From the NCBI GenBank assembly GCA_963744995.1, contig CAVUWA010000005.1:256001-320000 (forward strand): 64,000 bases of DNA, in the 5' to 3' direction. Source of the DNA: Candidatus Eiseniibacteriota bacterium (lineage in GTDB: Bacteria > Eisenbacteria > RBG-16-71-46). Below, in pieces: positions 40,818 through 53,200 of this stretch. How positions within the stretch are numbered: the first letter of the stretch is position 1; the number at the start of each line of letters is the position of its first letter. The notes under the pieces were generated by a model. It saw only the letters and a list, made by a program, of their open reading frames with translations. It did no database searches and had not been told where the DNA came from. Position numbers and translations under genes: made by a program.

Positions 40818-41738
40818 TCAGGCCGTGGCGGGAGGCATCGGGGTGGGACCATCGAGGCCGTAGAAGGCCCGGAAGGTCGCGTCGTTCTCCAGCCCCAGCG
40901 CGGCCAGCGCATTACGGTAGAGAATCTTCGGGAGAACCTCTTCCCGCCACGCCACCTTCATGAAGTTCTCCACGAAGGGCTTGATCGCCGTCAGCGGGTA
41001 GGCGCTCGCGAAGGTGAACTTGTCGACGAAGCCGCCCAGATTGTAGTTGATGGCCTTGACCCAATCCTCGTGCCCCAGGTGGAAGAAGTATCCATCCGGC
41101 GCGAGCCACACGTTGTCGCGACGCGCCGCCATGGTGATCGCCTCGCGGGCGTACGGATAGCAGCCGTGACCGCACACGATCCTGAGCGCCGGAAACGCGT
41201 GAGCGACACGCTCGACGTGCATCGGGTGCGCATAGTCGACGTAAGTGCCGCCGTTGCCGCCCGAAGTCTGCAGGATCATCGTGATGCCCAGCGCCTGACA
41301 TTTCTCGTAGACGGGGAAGAGCCGCTCGTCGTCCATGTCGCAGCCCGGCGCCCTGCCGGGTTCGATACACACGGCCTTCATGCCGAGAGCGCGGACGCAG
41401 CGGTCGATTTCGGCGAGCGCGTCGTGGAAGGTGTTGCTGACGTCGATCCCGCCGACGGCGATGAGCCGGCGCGGGTGGCGTTTCTGGGCGTCGCTCAGGT
41501 AGTCGTTCGAGGTCGTGCGGTCGGGGAAGTCGAAGCGGCCGATGCGTGCCCCGGGGTTCAGGCCGGAGACGGACACGGCCGTGGTGATGCCTGCGGCGGC
41601 GATCTCGTCGAAGAACGCCTGCTCCGAGTCGTCGCCAAAGGCGGCGATGCGATCGAGACGACCCAGGTGGCTCATGCGGCTGGCGAAGTACTCGGACGCC
41701 TTCCCTGACGTCAGCCGGCAACGCAAGTCGATGATCAA
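40818..41738 (-). CDS. Amidohydrolase family (Amidohydro_2) protein
   Basis: GGAGG RBS and TTG start. IIDLR, FPVYEKC, VAHAFPALRIVCGHGCYP, NVWL and FASAYP motifs; some metal ligands appear substituted. Confidence 0.75.
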   Translation of the reverse strand: MIIDLRCRLTSGKASEYFASRMSHLGRLDRIAAFGDDSEQAFFDEIAAAGITTAVSVSGLNPGARIGRFDFPDRTTSNDYLSDAQKRHPRRLIAVGGIDVSNTFHDALAEIDRCVRALGMKAVCIEPGRAPGCDMDDERLFPVYEKCQALGITMILQTSGGNGGTYVDYAHPMHVERVAHAFPALRIVCGHGCYPYAREAITMAARRDNVWLAPDGYFFHLGHEDWVKAINYNLGGFVDKFTFASAYPLTAIKPFVENFMKVAWREEVLPKILYRNALAALGLENDATFRAFYGLDGPTPMPPATA

Positions 41739-42090
41739 GGCCGTTCCTCCGGCGCGGTTCGAACTTCCGTGTCGAATGGCCGGACCAGTCTCCGGGACGG
41801 CTGACGGCGTGTCAATCGCGGGCTGTGCCGGAACGCCAGTCCGCGGGTCGGCGCCGGCGGGCGGCGGCTCCGGAGCGGGCCGGCTGCGCGCCATGCGCCG
41901 CATCCGCCGCGGGTCCCGCCACCGTCTCCATCCCTGTTCATGCGAAGCTGGACACGCATGCCATGCTGATCCGGGACCCGCAGCCGGTCCATCGAAAGCG
42001 CGACCGCACCATGCCCCGGCGTCGCGTCCGTGCGGGTCAGGCGCGCCGGGCCGATGCCGCGGCGCCGCACGCCGCACCCGGGGAACCCGG

Positions 42091-42768
42091 ATGGAGGACG
42101 CCCTGTCACGCTCCCGTTACACCGACCGTGGCGAAGCCGGCCGCGTGCTCTCCGAGGCCCTGGCCGGGCGCGTCGCACCGCCGTGCGTGGTTGCCGGCAT
42201 CCCGCGCGGCGGCGCCCTGGTCGCGCTGCCGATCGCGCGCGCGCTGGGCTGCGCGCTGGGCCTCGCGTTCGCCCGCAAGGTGTCGGCCGAGGCGGCGCCG
42301 GAGCTGGCGATCGGCGCGATGGACGAAGACGGCCGGCTCGAAATCGACCCCGACATCGCCGCCGATCTGCACGTCTCCCCCGCCGAGCTCGGGCTCGCAC
42401 GAGAGCGGGTGCTCGCCGAGATCGAGCGCCAGAAGCGGATATTCGACGCGCCGGATCTGGCCGCACTGCTCCCGGGGCGCACGCTCGTGCTGGTGGACGA
42501 CGGCCTCGCGACCGGCGCGACGATGCGCGCGGCGATCGCCTTCGCGCGGCGCCATGGTGCGCAGCGCATCGTCGTGGCCGTGCCCTACGCGGCGGCGGAG
42601 ACCGCGGGGGTCGTCAGGGAGAGCGTCGACGACCTGGTCTGTCCGTGGTCCGATCCTGCCTTCCTTGCGGTGGGCGCCGCGTATCTCGACTTCCGCCCGG
42701 TGCGTGACGAGGAGGTGCGCGAGGCGCTGGCGCTGGCGCGGGCGGCGGCGCGCACGCGCGGCGAGTGA
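42091..42768 (+). CDS. Phosphoribosyltransferase family protein
   Basis: DRGEAGRVL, GIPRGG, ELAIGA and the VLVDDGLATGATM PRPP loop. Confidence 0.88.
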   Translation: MEDALSRSRYTDRGEAGRVLSEALAGRVAPPCVVAGIPRGGALVALPIARALGCALGLAFARKVSAEAAPELAIGAMDEDGRLEIDPDIAADLHVSPAELGLARERVLAEIERQKRIFDAPDLAALLPGRTLVLVDDGLATGATMRAAIAFARRHGAQRIVVAVPYAAAETAGVVRESVDDLVCPWSDPAFLAVGAAYLDFRPVRDEEVREALALARAAARTRGE

Positions 42769-42844
42769 CACCATCGGAGGCTTGCCACGCCTCGCCTGCT
42801 GCGCGATGCTGTGCAGCGTCGCGTTTCACATCGGGAGGTGCACC

Positions 42845-44778
42845 GTGGCAGCACGCAGGAATTCGCGTTCCTACGAACGGCTCACGCAGCCGCTGGTCCG
42901 CGAGAACGGCGTTCTCCGTCCCGCGACCTGGGACGAAGCGCTCGATCGCGCGGCGGAGGGTTTTCGCCGGAACCGCGAAGCACACGGCCCCAACGCGCTC
43001 GGGATCTTCAGCTGCTCCAAGTCCACGAACGAGATGAACTTCGTGGCGCAGAAGCTGGCCCGGGTCGTGTTCGGGACCCACAACATCGACAGCTGCAACC
43101 GCACCTGACACGCGCCCAGCGTCGTCGGTCTGGCGACGGTCTTCGGTGCGGGGGGCGGAACGAACTCCTACCGTGAGGTGGAGGAGACGGACGTCGTCTT
43201 CCTCTGGGGCTCGAACGCGCGCGAAGCGCACCCGATCTGGTTCCACCATCTGCTGAAGGGGATCCACAACGGGGCGCGCCTCTATGTCATGGACCCGCGG
43301 CGCACGTCGTCCGCGCAGTGGGCCGACGTCTGGCTCGGTCTCCATGTCGGCACCGACATCGCGCTGGCCAACACGATGGCGCGCGAGATCATCCACGCGA
43401 ACCTCCACCATCGCGAGTTCATCGAGCGCGCGACCGAGGGCTTCGACGCCTACCGCGAGGCCGTCGAGCGTTACACGCTGGAAGAGGGCGAGCGCCTGAC
43501 CGGCGTCCCCGCCGACGTGATCCGCGAGGCCGCCCACGCCTACGCCCGCGCCGACAAGGCGATGGTCTGCTGGACGCTCGGCATCACCGAGCACCACGAC
43601 GCGACCCAGAACGTGCTCGCGCTCATCAACCTGTCGCTGCTCACCGGGCACATCGGCCGCTGGGGCTCGGGGTGCAATCCGCTGCGCGGCCAGAACAACG
43701 TGCAGGGCGGCGGCGACATGGGCGCGATCCCGAACCGGCTGCCGGGCTTCCAGGATATCCTCGATCCCGCCGTGCGCGCGCGCTTCGACACGAAGTGGAA
43801 CGTGAAGCTGCAGCCGAACGTCGGCTGGAACCTCACCGAGATGTTCCGCGCGATGGACCGCGGCGACATGACGGCGCTGCTCGTGATCGGCGAGAACCCG
43901 GCGCAGTCGGACGCCGACGCCGGGCACGTCCAGAAGCTGCTCGAGGGGCTCGATCACCTGGTCGTGCAGGAGATCTTTCTCACCCGCACCGCGCAGCTCG
44001 CCGACGTCGTGCTGCCTGCCGCGGCCTCGTGGTGCGAGGCCGAGGGCACGGTGACCAACAGCGAGCGACGCATCCAGCGCGTGCGCAAGGCCGTCGAGCC
44101 GCCCGACGGCGCGCGCGACGAGATCTGGATTCTGTGCGAGATCGCGCGCCGCATGGGCGTGGACTTCGGGAATCCGAGCGCCGAGGACGTGTGGAACGAG
44201 CTGCGCGACGTCGCGCCCGACTTCGCCGGCGGCATGAGCTACGCGCGCCTCGAGGCCCTCGGCGGCATCCAGTGGCCGTGCCCGAGCGAGGACCATCCGG
44301 GCTCGACCTTCCTGCACGGCCGCCTGTGGGAGACGCCGCGCGGCGGCCGCGCGGCGCCGTTCAAGGTGGTTCACCAGGAAGGCCCGATCGAGCAGCCCGA
44401 CGACGAGTATCCGCTGCTGCTCACCACGGGCCGGCGGCTCGAGTCCTACAACACCGGCGTCCAGTCGGGCGGCTACGCGTCGCCGCTCCGGATCGGCGAG
44501 ACGCTCGATCTGTCGCCCGAGGACGCCGCGCGCCTCGGCATCGCGAACGGCGAGTCGGTGCGGGTCACGTCGCGGCGCGGCTCGCTCACCGTGCCCGCGC
44601 GGATCGACGTGGGGCTGCGCGCCGGGATGGTGTTCATGACCCTCCACTTCCCCGACGACGTCGCGACCAACACGCTGACCATCGACGAGGCCGATCCGCT
44701 GTCGGGCACCGCCGAGTTCAAAGCCTGCGCGGTGCGCGTCGAACCGGCCGGCGTGCTCGCCGGCGGAGGCGGCGACTG

Positions 44779-44779
<1 letters not shown>
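42845..44779 (+). CDS. Selenocysteine-containing formate dehydrogenase catalytic (Mo/W-bisPGD) subunit, lacking the N-terminal 4Fe-4S domain
   Basis: GGGAGG RBS and GTG start. NIDSCNRT-TGA(43106-43108)-HAPSV is in frame with ORF 43178-44779. PLRGQNNVQG, GENPAQSD, GTVTNSERR and LTTGR motifs. Confidence 0.9.
43106..43140 (+). promoter_or_regulatory. Bacterial SECIS element
   Basis: TGACACGCGCCCAGCGTCGTCGGTCTGGCGACG contains the hairpin CGTCGTC-GGTCT-GGCGACG ~11 nt after the UGA, resembling the fdhF SECIS in spacing and apical GGUCU. Confidence 0.8.
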
Positions 44780-47616
<2,837 letters not shown>

Positions 47617-47643
47617 CCCGCCGCTGCCGCGCCGCGGCGCACA

Positions 47644-50214
47644 TCAGCGCAGCACGACCACCCGCTTGGCCCGGTGCTCGCCCGGTGAGGTCAGCCGCAG
47701 GAAGTACACGCCTCCGGGGAGCTGCGGCCGGAACACCAGCCGGCGGATCCCCGTCTGCGTGGCCCGTTCGTCGAAGAGCGTCCTGACGAGCCGGCCGTTC
47801 ACGTCGAACAGCTCCACCCGTGTGCGCTCTCCACGGCGGGCCACGAAGGCGACCGTGCCCGCGCCGTGCAGTGGATTCGGGCTCAGATGCAGGCCGGCGA
47901 AGAGGGCGACGGAATCGCCCACCGAAACCGACACCGGCGGCAGCTCGTAGGCACCCATGTCCACCGTTGACCCGATGATACGGGCCGCGCCGTCCAGGTC
48001 GTGGGTCGGCAGGTTCGGAGCACCGACGTCGCCGGCGTCGCGCGCGGGCGAGGTCGTGCTCGGCCGCAGGTTGCCATTCGACGCGTCAACGTACTGCGGA
48101 TCGACATCGAGATTGCCGCCCAGATCCTGGCCGAACGCGGGATCCCAGCCGGCCCCGCTGCCGCCCGAGCCCTGCACGATCGAGTGGTGGATCGCGGGCG
48201 CCGGGCCGTCCACCCCGATCTCGGCGGGCCCGCCGGTGTCACCCCACAGAATCGAGTTCCAGATCCCCGTCGTGCCGCCCGCGCCGGCGACCGCGACTGC
48301 CGCCCCACCGCCGCCCGCGGCGTTGCCGTTGAAGCTGGCGCTGGTGATCGTGGTGCCGCCGCCATCGTCGTAGAGCGCGCCGCCGGCGACCGCCGCCGTG
48401 TTCGCGTAGAAGACGGCGCCCGCGATCGTCATGGCGCCCGCGTCGTTGTAGACCGCGCCGCCCGTGCCGGCGACCGCCGCGTTGTTCGTGAAGACCACGT
48501 CGCGCAGCGCGGGAGCGCCGCCCGTGCTGTAGAGGCCGCCGCCCGACGAGGCGGCGGTGTTGCCGCTGAACGTGACGTCGTTGAGCGCGAGTGCGCCGCC
48601 GGCCGCGTACATGCCGCCGCCCGTGCCCGCCGTGTTGCCGGTCACCACGAGGTGCTCGTACGTCTGGCTGCCCCCGCCGGTCGAGAGGATACCGCCGCCC
48701 GCCTGCGCGGCCAGCGCGCCGGCGTTGCCGCCGGTGACGGTGAAGCCGTCGAGGTGCGCGCCGGGGCCGGCCGTGACCACATGGCGCGCGTTGTCGGCGG
48801 CGTTGCCGATGGTGCCGATGTCGCCGCTCAGCACGGTGACGTGCGCCGTCCAGTCGCGCTCGGCGCGTGCGGTCTCGGTGCCGGCGAAGCCGCCGTACAC
48901 CCCGACGCCGGCCGGCAGCGCGAAGGTGGCGTAGCCGGCCGGCGGCCCGTCGATGACGATGTCGTCCAGGGCCATCTGCCCCGCCGGGTCCTCGAAGCGC
49001 AGGCTCACGAGGTCGGTGAACGACGCGGGCAGCACGAAGGTCTGGTAGTCGTCCACGCCGCCGGGGCCGTCGCCGATGCCGTCGATGTCGTACGTGGTGT
49101 CGGCCTGTGCGCCGTTTGCGAAGAAGCCCGTCACGGTGATCGTGCGGGCAACGAAGTCGATGTCCTCGCCCGCACGGAACGAAAACGGCGTGAAGGTGCC
49201 GCCATCCACCCGGGTGAGCGTGCCCACGATGTTGTCCATGAAGTAGGAACGCGTGCCGTTGTAGGCGCCATCGGCGTCCCACTCGAGCCCGCTGCCGGAC
49301 GAGTTCATGCGGTACCCGCGCGATTCGACGGGGTCGATGTAGAAGAAGTCGTTGAGCGCGAGCGCGGGGCCGTCTTCGAAGTCCACGACGGTCGCCGCGC
49401 GCGGCCGGTACGTGCCGGCCGCCACCCAGACCTCGCTCGTGCCGCAGGCGGCGAGCGCCAGCCCGTCGTCAAGATTCGTGAACGCGTCGGCCCATGACGA
49501 GCCGTCGCTCGCGCCCGTGGCGGCGGCGTTCACGTAGACGATCGCGGGCGCCGGGCACTGCACGGCCTCGACGCGGATGCTGAAGTTGGCGACCGGACTG
49601 CCGAGGAAGTTGAACAGCCCGCCGTTCTCGTTGAAGTAGTCGTGGCTGAAGCCGGTGGCCGGCGGATCGTGCAACACGAGACCGGCGCTGGTGCTCGAGA
49701 AACGCACGCCGACCCACAGGTCCGGCCCGATGATGGGATGCGTGTTCGTAACGACGGTGGCCCGATTGCGGCCGCGCGGCAGCCCCGTCACCGTGTACGG
49801 GCCCCACAGGAGCGGCGTGCCGATGTCGTTGCCGCCCGGGTTGCCGTAGACCGACACCGTCGCCGCGATCGAGTCCGTCGCCGTCGATGGATCGTCGTAG
49901 TCGAACGTGATCCGGTAGAGCGGCCCGCTGGTGACGCCGTGCAAGTCGTCGCGCGGCTCCTGGCCGTTCTGGCCGCCGAAGAACGTGAGATCGGATGGCG
50001 CGGCGAGGTTGTCGTAGATCACCACGGTGGGAACCGCCGCGCCCGCGACACGGCACGCGAGCAGCGCCGCAAGCACGCCCGCCCCGCACGCGAACCGCCG
50101 GAGCGCCGCTCCCCTGCGTCGCTCCGGCACGGCCGCGCGCGCCGCCTGAGTCCCGCTCGCGACGGGCGATCCGGACCGGCCGACGCCGGCCCGGATCCAC
50201 ACCGCGCGCGTCAC
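47644..50214 (-). CDS. Secreted beta-helix (pectin-lyase-like, choice-of-anchor-Q-like) protein with T9SS-A/FlgD-Ig-like C-terminal domain
   Basis: YVNAAATGASDGSSWADAF, VWVAAGTY, YGGFAGTET, N-x-A-x-x-GGG repeats, DLDG..R...VDMGAYE, and PNP...LFDVNGRLVRTL...GVYFLRL. Confidence 0.8.
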   Translation of the reverse strand: MTRAVWIRAGVGRSGSPVASGTQAARAAVPERRRGAALRRFACGAGVLAALLACRVAGAAVPTVVIYDNLAAPSDLTFFGGQNGQEPRDDLHGVTSGPLYRITFDYDDPSTATDSIAATVSVYGNPGGNDIGTPLLWGPYTVTGLPRGRNRATVVTNTHPIIGPDLWVGVRFSSTSAGLVLHDPPATGFSHDYFNENGGLFNFLGSPVANFSIRVEAVQCPAPAIVYVNAAATGASDGSSWADAFTNLDDGLALAACGTSEVWVAAGTYRPRAATVVDFEDGPALALNDFFYIDPVESRGYRMNSSGSGLEWDADGAYNGTRSYFMDNIVGTLTRVDGGTFTPFSFRAGEDIDFVARTITVTGFFANGAQADTTYDIDGIGDGPGGVDDYQTFVLPASFTDLVSLRFEDPAGQMALDDIVIDGPPAGYATFALPAGVGVYGGFAGTETARAERDWTAHVTVLSGDIGTIGNAADNARHVVTAGPGAHLDGFTVTGGNAGALAAQAGGGILSTGGGSQTYEHLVVTGNTAGTGGGMYAAGGALALNDVTFSGNTAASSGGGLYSTGGAPALRDVVFTNNAAVAGTGGAVYNDAGAMTIAGAVFYANTAAVAGGALYDDGGGTTITSASFNGNAAGGGGAAVAVAGAGGTTGIWNSILWGDTGGPAEIGVDGPAPAIHHSIVQGSGGSGAGWDPAFGQDLGGNLDVDPQYVDASNGNLRPSTTSPARDAGDVGAPNLPTHDLDGAARIIGSTVDMGAYELPPVSVSVGDSVALFAGLHLSPNPLHGAGTVAFVARRGERTRVELFDVNGRLVRTLFDERATQTGIRRLVFRPQLPGGVYFLRLTSPGEHRAKRVVVLR

Positions 50215-53200
50215 CTGAGGATCAGCAGCTTGTGCGAGTACGCCTTCCCGCCGGCCTCGAGCCGGTAGAAGTAGACCCCCGCGGACAGCCTCGCCCCGTC
50301 AAACGCCACGTCGTGCCAGCCCGCTTCCATGCGGCCGTGGACCAGCGTCGCGCGATTGCGGCCGGCCAGGTCGAACACCTTGAGGCTCACGCGCTCCGCC
50401 GCCGGCAGACCGAACCGGATGACGGTCGACTCCATCCCGGCCCGGAACGGATTCGGGAAGTTCCCCGCGAGCCTCAGCTCGGTCGGCATCCGCACGAGCT
50501 GTTCGGGCGTGCCGCCGGCCTCCATCGCCACGAGCCCGCCGGTCGCCCCGTACGCCGCGTCCGCGACGAACGCCACTCCGCCGCTCACGTCGTACAGCGC
50601 CTGCTCGTTGGGATCGTAGACCCGGAACTTCACGTTCTCGCCGCCGGTCGAGTTGCCGTACACCATCATGAACGCGCCGAGCGCCCCGGACGCCGAGTAC
50701 GGCTTGAGGTGCGCCATGCCGCGCACCTCGCCGTCCACGACGGCGAGCACCACGAAGCGCTCATTCAGCGCGCGGCCGTCCTCGAAAGCGACCGCCGCGC
50801 TGACGGTCATGTCGTAGCGGTAGCGGCGCGGATCCACCGTCCACGTGTAGTCGCCGCCTTCCGAAGACGGCGCCGTCATCGTGAAGCCGCCGGTGATGCC
50901 GGCACCGGTTCCGCCGAAGCCCGCCCGCCTGCCGATCGGCGTGACGCCCGGCGCGGCGCCCGCCGAGGGCGTCTCGCCCGCGATCAGCAGCGGCATCGGG
51001 GCGTTCTGATCCGGGTAGACCAGGTCCTGCGCCCCCACATGCTGCAGGTAGAGCTTGTAGCCCGCGCCCGGCTTCATCGCGGCGAGCGATCCGACCCAGT
51101 CCGTGCCGTCGTACTGGGCGAACGCGTCCCGGCCGACGATCAGGTCGCCCGTCGTCTTCGTGAGCCCGTCGAGCGCGTCGTTCAGCGTCGTGTCGCGCGG
51201 CAGCGGATAGCCGATCCACGTCCATCCGCTGTCCACCGGCACCGGCGTCGTGGGGATGTCCACGGGATTGCCGCGGTGACGGATCACCCCGGCCTGCGAC
51301 ACGTGCAGCAGGTACGTCGAGCGCACGTCGAGGCTGTCGAGGCCGCCGAGCGGCTGCCAGCCCACCGAATCGGTGTAGGTGGCGTAGCCCTCGACGTGGT
51401 TCTTCACCTGGTCGCCGGGTAGCGGGTTCAGGTTGCCCAGCACCTCGGCCACATCCATGCCGTCGGCGAAGTTGGCCTTGCGGTTCAGCGAGAACCAGTT
51501 CCAGCCCGCTTCGACCGGGATCATCTGCTCGCCGGTGTTGACCGAATTGAGCGTGGCGATGGCGAGCGGATTCGCCACCGTTCCCATGTTGCCCTGCGAC
51601 GCGAACTGAACGACCGGGCTCGCATCCGACGTCAGGCAGTTGGCGTTGTCGTAGACCTTGAACCGGATCCGCTCGCCGGCCGTGAACTTGCCGTAGATGG
51701 TGAGGAACGCGCGATTGCCGGACGGCGTCGAGATCGGCGCCGCCACGCCGCGCACCTCGTTGCCCACGAACGCCGCCACCGTGTCGTCGAGCGCCGCGGG
51801 CAGATCGCCGAGCGGCCCCTTCTCCACGTCCGCGACCACCGTCATGCTGTACTGGTAGTCGGCCGGATTCACCGTCCAGTTCGGCGTGCCGCAGATCACG
51901 TCGAGGTGCACGGGGAGGTTGCTCGCGACGATGAAGTTATGGGTCACGGGCTCGTAGGCGGTCGCTATGATCGTGGTGTCGTACGGAGTACCGAGCTTCA
52001 GCGTGTCCGCAACCTCGAACACGAAGTCATGCGTCTCGAGCGCGTTGAGCGAGCCGGTGGCGTTCGGCACGGCCAGCCACGGCGGCAGCCCCGTGAGCTC
52101 GTAGTCCACGTCCTGCGTGAGACCGTTGACGAGGCTCACCTGGAACGAGCTGGCCTGCCCCGCCGCGACGTCCTTCGACACCAGCGCCGGCGCCCACGCG
52201 AATTCGTTGCGCTGGACGAGGAACGTCCAGCTGGTGTCCGCCGCGAGCGCGTTGCCGGTCACGTCCTTGACGCCGCTCACCGTCACGCGCAGCTGCTGCG
52301 TCTCGAGCGAATCGAGCCGCGGCGAGACCGGCGTGATCGTCAGCGTGCGTCCGTCGCAGACGACGCCGTTCTGCTGCGCCGTCTTGAGGATCACCGGGTA
52401 CCACGTGCTGCCGAGATCGCTCGAGCGCTCGACCTTGATGTTCGGCGTCGCGCCGCTGGCCGTCACCTTCGAACAGTCGATGTCTTCACTGAACTTGACC
52501 GAGATGCTGCCGTTCAGCGTGAGCGTGCCGCCGTCGGGCGGCGTGAATCCGGCGATCTGCGGCGCGCCACGGTCGATCCGCCCCGTCGCCTGCGCCACGT
52601 AGAACTTGGTGCCGTTGCACTGGGTCCACGCCATCACGTCGTACGAACTGTCCGGCAGGCTGCTCGGTGGATACCAGACGTATTCCTTCGGCAGCAGGTC
52701 GAGCGGATGCTCCGGAGTGTTCGTGTACGAAACGATCGGAGTCGGCGTGTCGTCGGAGTTGCTGCGCCGGTAGTCGGCGCCGATCGCCTGCACCACGTTG
52801 GGGGTGGCGTCGGTGCTCCCCACCGACAGGGTGTAGTTGTCCAGGTCGATGATGACGCTGTCCTTGCTGGCGTTCACCGCCCAGCCCGGCTTCGGCGCGA
52901 GCATGTCGATGTCGCTGCATGGCGCGTCGAACTGCACGTGGAACGTCACCGTGTCGGCGAGCTGCAGGTCGCCGCCGTTCCGCCAGTTGTCGATTTCGCA
53001 CGCCGGCGCGATCGCGACCTTCAGATCCGGATAGTCGTACTTGCGCGGACCGCGCTCGACCGTGAGCGTGGCCTCCTGGTCGCCGGGCGCCAGGACGAAC
53101 GACGCCCCGCCGGCGAACTGGCCGCCGTTCACCTTGATGATCGCGCCGCCCGGGTTCGAGGTCTGGATCGGGAACAGCACGTACTCGCGATTCTCGTCGG

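Noticed and set aside
43106..43108. FDH as a nonsense pseudogene
   Set aside because: The TGA sits exactly at the Sec/Cys ligand position and is followed by a SECIS-like hairpin.
43318..44778. N-terminal 487 aa of the 1432-aa ORF
   Set aside because: Off-frame overlap with the FDH gene. The real start is the coupled ATG at 44779.
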